A stretch of 64,000 bases of DNA from Tissierellaceae bacterium (GTDB lineage: Bacteria; Bacillota; Clostridia; Tissierellales; Tissierellaceae), in assembly GCA_031460505.1 (NCBI GenBank), contig JAVKTT010000004.1, positions 118,197 through 182,196 on the forward strand, given 5' to 3'. The position numbers and the translations under genes are program-made. Shown here piece after piece: positions 58,816 through 64,000 of this stretch (within the stretch, counting starts at the first letter, position 1; each line of letters opens with the position of its first letter). The notes under the pieces are model-generated. The model saw nothing but the letters and a program-made list of their open reading frames with translations, was not told the origin of the DNA and did not search any database.

Positions 58816-59286
58816 ATGTATCAAGAAATAAATAGAGCTTATGCTAAGATAAATGGAAGTTCCTTTGCTCCTAATTTATATGGTGAAGTATATTTTTATG
58901 CAGTAGAAGGTGGTACTGAGGTCTTTGCTGAAGTTTGGGGGTTGCCTTTATATCAGCCTGGAAATGGTGGTAATCCAATAAGTCCATTTGGTTTTCATAT
59001 TCATCAGAATGGTGTATGTGAGATAACAGATCCAATGAACCCTTATGAGTCAGCTGGTGGTCATTATAATCCAACAAATCAACCACATGGTAATCATGCT
59101 GGAGATTTTCCTGTACTGTTTTCAAACAATGGATATGCTAGAATGAGCTTCTTCACAGATAAGTTTAGAGTAAGAGATATCATAGGTAAGTCAGTACTAA
59201 TTCATCAAAACCCTGATGATTATAGGACTCAACCAGCAGGAGATGCTGGAAAGAGGATTGGTTGTGGGGTTATTGAGGCAGTGTAG
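58816..59286 (+). CDS. Cu/Zn superoxide dismutase family protein without a signal peptide
   Basis: FGFHIHQNG, GGHYNP, PHGNHAGDFP, LIHQNPDD and GKRIGCGVI motifs. The N-terminus is hydrophilic. Confidence 0.8.
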   Translation: MYQEINRAYAKINGSSFAPNLYGEVYFYAVEGGTEVFAEVWGLPLYQPGNGGNPISPFGFHIHQNGVCEITDPMNPYESAGGHYNPTNQPHGNHAGDFPVLFSNNGYARMSFFTDKFRVRDIIGKSVLIHQNPDDYRTQPAGDAGKRIGCGVIEAV

Positions 59287-59319
59287 ATAAATAAGTTTAA
59301 TTCGTCATAATATTAAAAA

Positions 59320-59353
59320 AATCCATAGTGAGGGTTTCTCACTATGGATTTCT
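59320..59353. terminator. Bidirectional terminator
   Basis: aatccatagtgag / ctcactatggatt 13-bp stem flanked by A-run and T-run sequence. Confidence 0.7.
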
Positions 59354-59673
59354 TATTGCTTAAATTCTATTACTTCATCTAATTTTATTATATTCTCGAA
59401 ACTAAATTGATGCGAAATAATTATTATGGTTCTGTCTTTAATTGATAACAATTGTGTTTCAATTTCCTTAGCATTTTTTTCATCAAGATTAGCTAATGGT
59501 GTGTCATTAAATATCTGAAAGGCAATTGCAGTTGTCTGGCTTATCGTAATTGTTTTAATCTTTAATTTATTATTTAACTTCTTTCTTAAGAAAGTGAGAA
59601 AATAATATCTTGAAATTATTGTAAATAAATACCATGTAAACCTACTGATAAACATTTTATAAATGATGTACAC
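59353..59673 (-). pseudogene. Remnant of an ABC-transporter ATP-binding domain (C-terminal part only)
   Basis: The C-terminus ...LANLDEKNAKEIETQLLSIKDRTIIIISHQFSFENIIKLDEVIEF corresponds to the Walker B/D-loop/H-loop region. Walker A and the signature motif are absent, and the N-terminal half is non-homologous. Confidence 0.5.
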
Positions 59674-59679
59674 TTAATA

Positions 59680-59949
59680 TTAAATTGTAGAAATCATAGC
59701 CATGACGAAAAACACTGTGCATATAACAACACAGATTCTTATAATATTGATATTGTAAGAATTTTTTATTCTTAAAAATCTGTCCAATTCGTCATTAACT
59801 GGTCTATCAGTTTCAATCTTCCAATATTGTCCTGAGGCTTTGTTATACCATATGCAATCTGGTATATTATTGGCATCAACCTGCTTATTACTAATCCTGT
59901 TTGCTTCAAAATATTTCAGCTTCCATAAATAATAGTTTATCTGCTTCAT
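59680..59949 (-). CDS. Hypothetical tail-anchored small protein
   Basis: 89 aa with SD AAAAGGGGA and a C-terminal TM (ICVVICTVFFVMAMISTI). Confidence 0.35.
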   Translation of the reverse strand: MKQINYYLWKLKYFEANRISNKQVDANNIPDCIWYNKASGQYWKIETDRPVNDELDRFLRIKNSYNINIIRICVVICTVFFVMAMISTI

Positions 59950-60050
59950 AAATAATCCCCTTTTCTATTAATATGTTCTCTTATATTTAGTTATAGCAGT
60001 AGTAGTTGCAGTATATAAATGATGTTCAGTTAGTAAATCTAATATTTTCC

Positions 60051-60482
60051 TTATAAAAAATATTTCTTTTTTTCTTTTTTTATCTCCTTATTCACATATC
60101 TACTAAATATGAATTGATACAGTATACCTATGATTGAAATAATGATTGGAATCCACTCTTGAGATGGCATAATCTTAAGCAAGATTAATGCAAAAACCAT
60201 TAATATTAGTCCTCCCCAAGGACCAATAAAACTCCATTTCCCAAATAGTTCCCTAACTACCCTTTTGTATATATCTTCACTTAGTTTGTCTTTGGTAAAA
60301 CCATCTTCATTAAGTGAAGCCCATAGACCTCTAATCAAAATATAAATCCACAATAGGATATAAGCAATAGCTAAAGAGTCCCCTGTTATTAAATCTTTAA
60401 TACTGTTTGTCATCGCTATTATAAAAAATATTAATGTAAAAATAAGTGTCTTCCAGCTATATACTTTCACACCAACCACCAC
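60051..60482 (-). CDS. Hypothetical four-TM membrane protein
   Basis: 143-aa hydrophobic ORF. The probable start is the GTG a few codons in. Confidence 0.4.
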   Translation of the reverse strand: MVVGVKVYSWKTLIFTLIFFIIAMTNSIKDLITGDSLAIAYILLWIYILIRGLWASLNEDGFTKDKLSEDIYKRVVRELFGKWSFIGPWGGLILMVFALILLKIMPSQEWIPIIISIIGILYQFIFSRYVNKEIKKEKKKYFL

Positions 60483-60530
60483 CTTTAAATTTGTTGCATA
60501 TAAATCTACTTTTGTTCAGTGGTCTATCTT

Positions 60531-60725
60531 CTACTTTCTTCTTTTAAACACTGCTATTGCATCTCTACTGTAACCATTTGCTCCATTAGCTGTAAAACAA
60601 GATACTAACTCCCAGCCTTGCTCTCCTAATTTATTTAGTTCATAATCAAAATCTTCTGTTTCTAATATTCCTCCAGTAAATCCCTTTAACCCAAATTTAA
60701 TAGTCTTATATTCCCATCTATCCAA
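60531..60725 (-). CDS. DUF4177 domain protein
   Basis: WEYKTIKF...ELNKLGEQGWELVS pattern. TTG start after AAGGAGGG. Confidence 0.6.
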   Translation of the reverse strand: MDRWEYKTIKFGLKGFTGGILETEDFDYELNKLGEQGWELVSCFTANGANGYSRDAIAVFKRRK

Positions 60726-60791
60726 TTATGTTCCCTCCTTATTGTTTATATTACTGCGTATTTATCAAAAATGTACAATCGTAATATACTC

Positions 60792-62501
60792 CTATTTAAT
60801 TAAAATATTATCATCTATATATTTTTCAACATCTTCTGCTGTTGGTAAGCTTAATAATGTATCAAGATGTTTTTTTACTTCATCCTTTGAATATTTTAGT
60901 AAATCATTTCTAGATCTTAGTATTGAGGATGCACTCATGCTAAACTCATCTAATCCCATTGCTAATAAAACAGGTAACAGTTTTTTATCTCCAGCTGCTT
61001 CACCGCACATTCCAACCCATATACCCTCTTTATGTCCATTTTCTATGGTCATTTTAATCAAACTTAATACCGAAGGGTGATACTGATTATATAGATAAGC
61101 TATATCTTGATTGCCTCTATCTACTGCTAGGGTGTATTGAATCAAATCATTTGTTCCTATGCTGAAGAAATCAACTTCCTTTGCAAATATTCTTGAATGA
61201 ATTGCAACAGCAGGAATTTCTACCATTATGCCTATTTCAATATTCTCATCAAAAGGTATATTCTCTGCTCTCAAGTCCATCTTTATTTCTTCTAGAATTG
61301 ATTTTGCTTCTCTAACTTCATTTATATTAGAAATCATTGGAAACATTATCCTAATATTTCCAAATACACTGGCCCTTAATATGGCTCTTAATTGTGTCCT
61401 AAAGATATCTTTTCTATCTAGACAAAGTCTGATGGCTCTATATCCTAAGAATGGGTTCATTTCTTTCGGTAGATTTAAATAAGGTAAAACCTTGTCTCCA
61501 CCTACGTCTAAGGTTCTTATTATTAAAGGTTTACTCCCTAATTTTTGTGCAACAATTTTATATGCATCAAATTGTTCTTCTTCACTAGGTAATCTATCTC
61601 TGTCCATATACAAAAATTCAGTCCTATATAGTCCTACTCCTTCTCCACCGTTTTCAATAACCTTATGGATATCATCAGGAGTACCTATATTACCAGCTAT
61701 TTCAACCTTATTGCCATCTTTAGTGAGAGATTCTTTATCTTTTAAGACAGATAATCTCTTTTTAAGCTCTCTTAACTCTTGAAATTTTGCTTCATACTTT
61801 GATTTTTCATCTAAGGAAGGATTTATAATTATTTCTCCACTATCTCCATTAATAATCATATAGTCACCATTATTTGATAACCTTGTTATATTTTTTAAAC
61901 CAGAAATTGCTGGAATTTCAAGGGTTCTTGCAATGATTGAAGTATGTGAGGTTTTCCCACCTAACTCTGTTACAATCCCAACTACCATTTTTTTATTCAT
62001 TTGAGCTGTATCAGATGGCGTTAAGTCTTCTGCAACAATTATTGACTTTTCTTCTATTGTAGATAAATCTGCAGATTTGATACCTAATAGAACCCTTAAT
62101 AATCTTTTAGATACATCTTTTAAATCTACAGCTCTAGCTCTCATATACTCATCTTTAATATTTTCAAATATTGAAATATAAAAATCTGCAACTTCCTTTA
62201 CTGCAAACTCAGCATTTAATTTTTGGATTTTTATTTTATCTTTTACACCTGATAAAAATTCTGGATCTTCTAATATCATTCTGTGAGCAATAAAAATTTC
62301 TGCTTCACTTTCACCGATATTTTGTAATGTTAATTCATGAAGCTTGTCTATCTCTTGAATTGCTTTATTTAAAGCATCATCAAGTCTATTTATTTCAAAA
62401 TCTATATCTTTGATACTTTGTTTGATAATATTTATTTCTGGTTCTTTATATATGAAAATCTTTCCCATAGCAACACCTGAAGAAGTACCTATACCTTTCA
62501 T
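60792..62501 (-). CDS. ptsI: Phosphoenolpyruvate-protein phosphotransferase (PTS enzyme I)
   Basis: GGKTSHTSIIARTLEIPA phospho-His motif and the C-terminal PEP-utiliser motif SIGTNDLIQY. Confidence 0.9.
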   Translation of the reverse strand: MKGIGTSSGVAMGKIFIYKEPEINIIKQSIKDIDFEINRLDDALNKAIQEIDKLHELTLQNIGESEAEIFIAHRMILEDPEFLSGVKDKIKIQKLNAEFAVKEVADFYISIFENIKDEYMRARAVDLKDVSKRLLRVLLGIKSADLSTIEEKSIIVAEDLTPSDTAQMNKKMVVGIVTELGGKTSHTSIIARTLEIPAISGLKNITRLSNNGDYMIINGDSGEIIINPSLDEKSKYEAKFQELRELKKRLSVLKDKESLTKDGNKVEIAGNIGTPDDIHKVIENGGEGVGLYRTEFLYMDRDRLPSEEEQFDAYKIVAQKLGSKPLIIRTLDVGGDKVLPYLNLPKEMNPFLGYRAIRLCLDRKDIFRTQLRAILRASVFGNIRIMFPMISNINEVREAKSILEEIKMDLRAENIPFDENIEIGIMVEIPAVAIHSRIFAKEVDFFSIGTNDLIQYTLAVDRGNQDIAYLYNQYHPSVLSLIKMTIENGHKEGIWVGMCGEAAGDKKLLPVLLAMGLDEFSMSASSILRSRNDLLKYSKDEVKKHLDTLLSLPTAEDVEKYIDDNILIK

Positions 62502-62666
62502 TTATTACCTCCTAGTTTTTTAATTTTTCATATATTTACTATATTCTTATAGTATCATAAATAATTCATCTCTAAGAATTATATTTTCTGACTTTGGTAA
62601 GTTTTTCTTAAATGTCCTAAAATTACAAATGCGACACAGGTAAACTGCCCCCATGTCGCATAATTA

Positions 62667-63764
62667 TTAGAACTTATCAAAGTATATTAATTCTTCAGGA
62701 AGGCCTTTCTTTGTTAATGAATCTACTACAGAATTTATCATTGGTTCATTTCCACATAAATAGGCTTCTTTGTTCTCACCATCTGTTAGAAACTGATCTA
62801 TAGCGTTGTTTACTCTACCTTTAAATCCTTCCCAATCACTACCTTCATCAACTCTAGATAAACATGGTACAAATTCAAAATCATATAGAGTACCCTCTAA
62901 TTCCTTAAAATAATCTAGCATAAATAGATCATCTGGAGTTTTGGCTCCAAAATAGAAGGTTGCTTTTCTTTGAATATTCATAGACTTCATATAGTTTAAT
63001 ATAGATAGTATAGGTGCTACACCTGTACCTACTGCAACCATGATCATTTCCCTATCATTATCTTGGTAATAGAAATCACCATATGGCCCGTTTATATGGA
63101 TCTCATCACCTTCTCTTAAGTGCTGATGAACATATGTGGTGGCTATACCTTCTGGTACATAACCAATTACTAAATCAATAAATCCTTTTTCCAATGGGGA
63201 AGATGCTATAGAATATGCCCTATATACTTCCTCTGGGTTTCCTTCATAAAGTGGTGCCTTTAATTGTACATATTGACCTGGTTTGAAAGACATTTCTTCC
63301 TCTTCTGGTAGCCTAATTCTAAGCATCTTTATTACCTTAGTTAAATCAGTAATAGTCTCTACAGTGGCTTCATATTCTTTTACATTAAATAATTCTTCTG
63401 GTATTTCTATTTTTATATCCTGTTTAACTTTGCATTGACAAGATAGTCTAACCTCTTTTTCTAATTCCTCTTTTGTTAGAAAGGGTAGTTCCGTAGCAAG
63501 TACAGGTCCTCCTCCATCATGAACTTGAACTTTACAATATCCACAGGTTCCCTTTCCCCCACAAGCTGAAGGTATAAATATCTTCTCATTTCTTAGAGTT
63601 GAGAGTAAGCTTTCTCCACCTTCTACTGTAAATTCCTTTTCATCATTGATTGTAAGTTTTACTTCTCCATAATTTCCTACAGTTCTATCTGCTATAGTCA
63701 ATAGAAGTGCAAAGGCTGCTGAAATTAATGTTAATGATATTGTTGTCAAGATTATTGTATTCAT
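62667..63764 (-). CDS. nqrF: Na+-translocating NADH:quinone reductase subunit F (2Fe-2S ferredoxin plus FAD/NADH domains)
   Basis: N-terminal TM segment, SACGGKGTCGYCKV ... LSCQ 2Fe-2S ligands, and RAYSIAS FAD motif. Collinear with Vibrio NqrF as I recall it. Confidence 0.75.
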   Translation of the reverse strand: MNTIILTTISLTLISAAFALLLTIADRTVGNYGEVKLTINDEKEFTVEGGESLLSTLRNEKIFIPSACGGKGTCGYCKVQVHDGGGPVLATELPFLTKEELEKEVRLSCQCKVKQDIKIEIPEELFNVKEYEATVETITDLTKVIKMLRIRLPEEEEMSFKPGQYVQLKAPLYEGNPEEVYRAYSIASSPLEKGFIDLVIGYVPEGIATTYVHQHLREGDEIHINGPYGDFYYQDNDREMIMVAVGTGVAPILSILNYMKSMNIQRKATFYFGAKTPDDLFMLDYFKELEGTLYDFEFVPCLSRVDEGSDWEGFKGRVNNAIDQFLTDGENKEAYLCGNEPMINSVVDSLTKKGLPEELIYFDKF

Positions 63765-63774
63765 ATAACCCCTC

Positions 63775-64000
63775 CTATTGAATCTGGACGATGCCTGAGA
63801 AGCCTATAAAAGCCATTGCCATCAATCCAGTTATTATTAAGGTAATACCCGGTCCTTCAAGACCTTTAGGTATAGGGGCAGTTTCTAATCTCTTTCTAAT
63901 ACCAGCTAAAGCTACAATAGCTAAAGTCCATCCTAAACCTGAACCAATACTAAATGCGACTGATTGTATAAAATTATACTCTCTGATAATCATAAACAGG
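63775..64000 (-). CDS. nqrE: Na+-NQR subunit E, C-terminal part (5' end lies beyond the window)
   Basis: [23 protein letters not shown]...[24 protein letters not shown] parallels the NqrE C-terminus. The frame stays open upstream of the track's ATG to position 64000. Confidence 0.7.
   Translation of the reverse strand, partial: LFMIIREYNFIQSVAFSIGSGLGWTLAIVALAGIRKRLETAPIPKGLEGPGITLIITGLMAMAFIGFSGIVQIQ

Noticed and set aside
1-64000. A prophage, ICE, transposon or genomic island spanning part of the window.
   Set aside because: No integrase, transposase, recombinase, phage structural gene, tRNA attachment site or long direct or inverted terminal repeats were recognised. The accessory-looking genes appear interspersed individually.

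Overview
The window is an AT-rich chromosomal segment whose gene content looks like a low-GC Gram-positive anaerobe (Clostridia-like). That assignment is an inference from addAB, the opp operon, pflBA, DUF1540/DUF1292-type genes, strong GGAGG-type ribosome-binding sites and frequent TTG/GTG starts. I support about 70 protein-coding genes. I recognise no rRNA, tRNA, CRISPR array, transposase, integrase or prophage block. Landmarks, in order:
- addA (partial) and addB, a ROK glucokinase, a GH3 hexosaminidase lipoprotein and an aminotransferase.
- An accessory-looking stretch at 8.7-30 kb: three GNATs, an SRAP peptidase, a divergent LysR/YeiH pair, a PadR operon, AzoR, an ArsR-DUF2087 operon, an ECF sigma/anti-sigma pair, a macro-domain fusion and a vWA protein.
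- A WG-repeat/CAP secreted protein, a ThrC-like enzyme, oppABCDF, glsA, two pseudouridine synthases and a DUF1538 plus tandem-PII pair.
- A TIGR01212 radical SAM protein, an apparently orphan DNA methyltransferase and msrA.
- An Fnr-like regulator next to pflB-pflA, a stand-alone RelA/SpoT-domain protein, a leaderless Cu/Zn-SOD-like protein, ptsI, and nqrF with the end of nqrE.

The observations I rank highest:
1. A monocistronic RelA/SpoT-synthetase-fold protein is fused to a ~250-aa unassigned C-terminal domain. It is a candidate fused toxSAS/CapRel-like module.
2. Two genes have N-termini that only make sense if translation starts at ATA, 6 nt after a strong SD. These are the Fnr-like regulator and a membrane HExxH protease.
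3. A TGTGA-N6-TCAC box sits about -41.5 from a predicted pflB promoter, next to that regulator.
4. A 77-bp repeat lies immediately 3' of two unrelated GNAT genes.
5. A 16-bp tandem duplication splits a YbjN-like gene.
6. Several decayed gene remnants are present.

All family assignments rest on motif recognition by eye; no database search was run.
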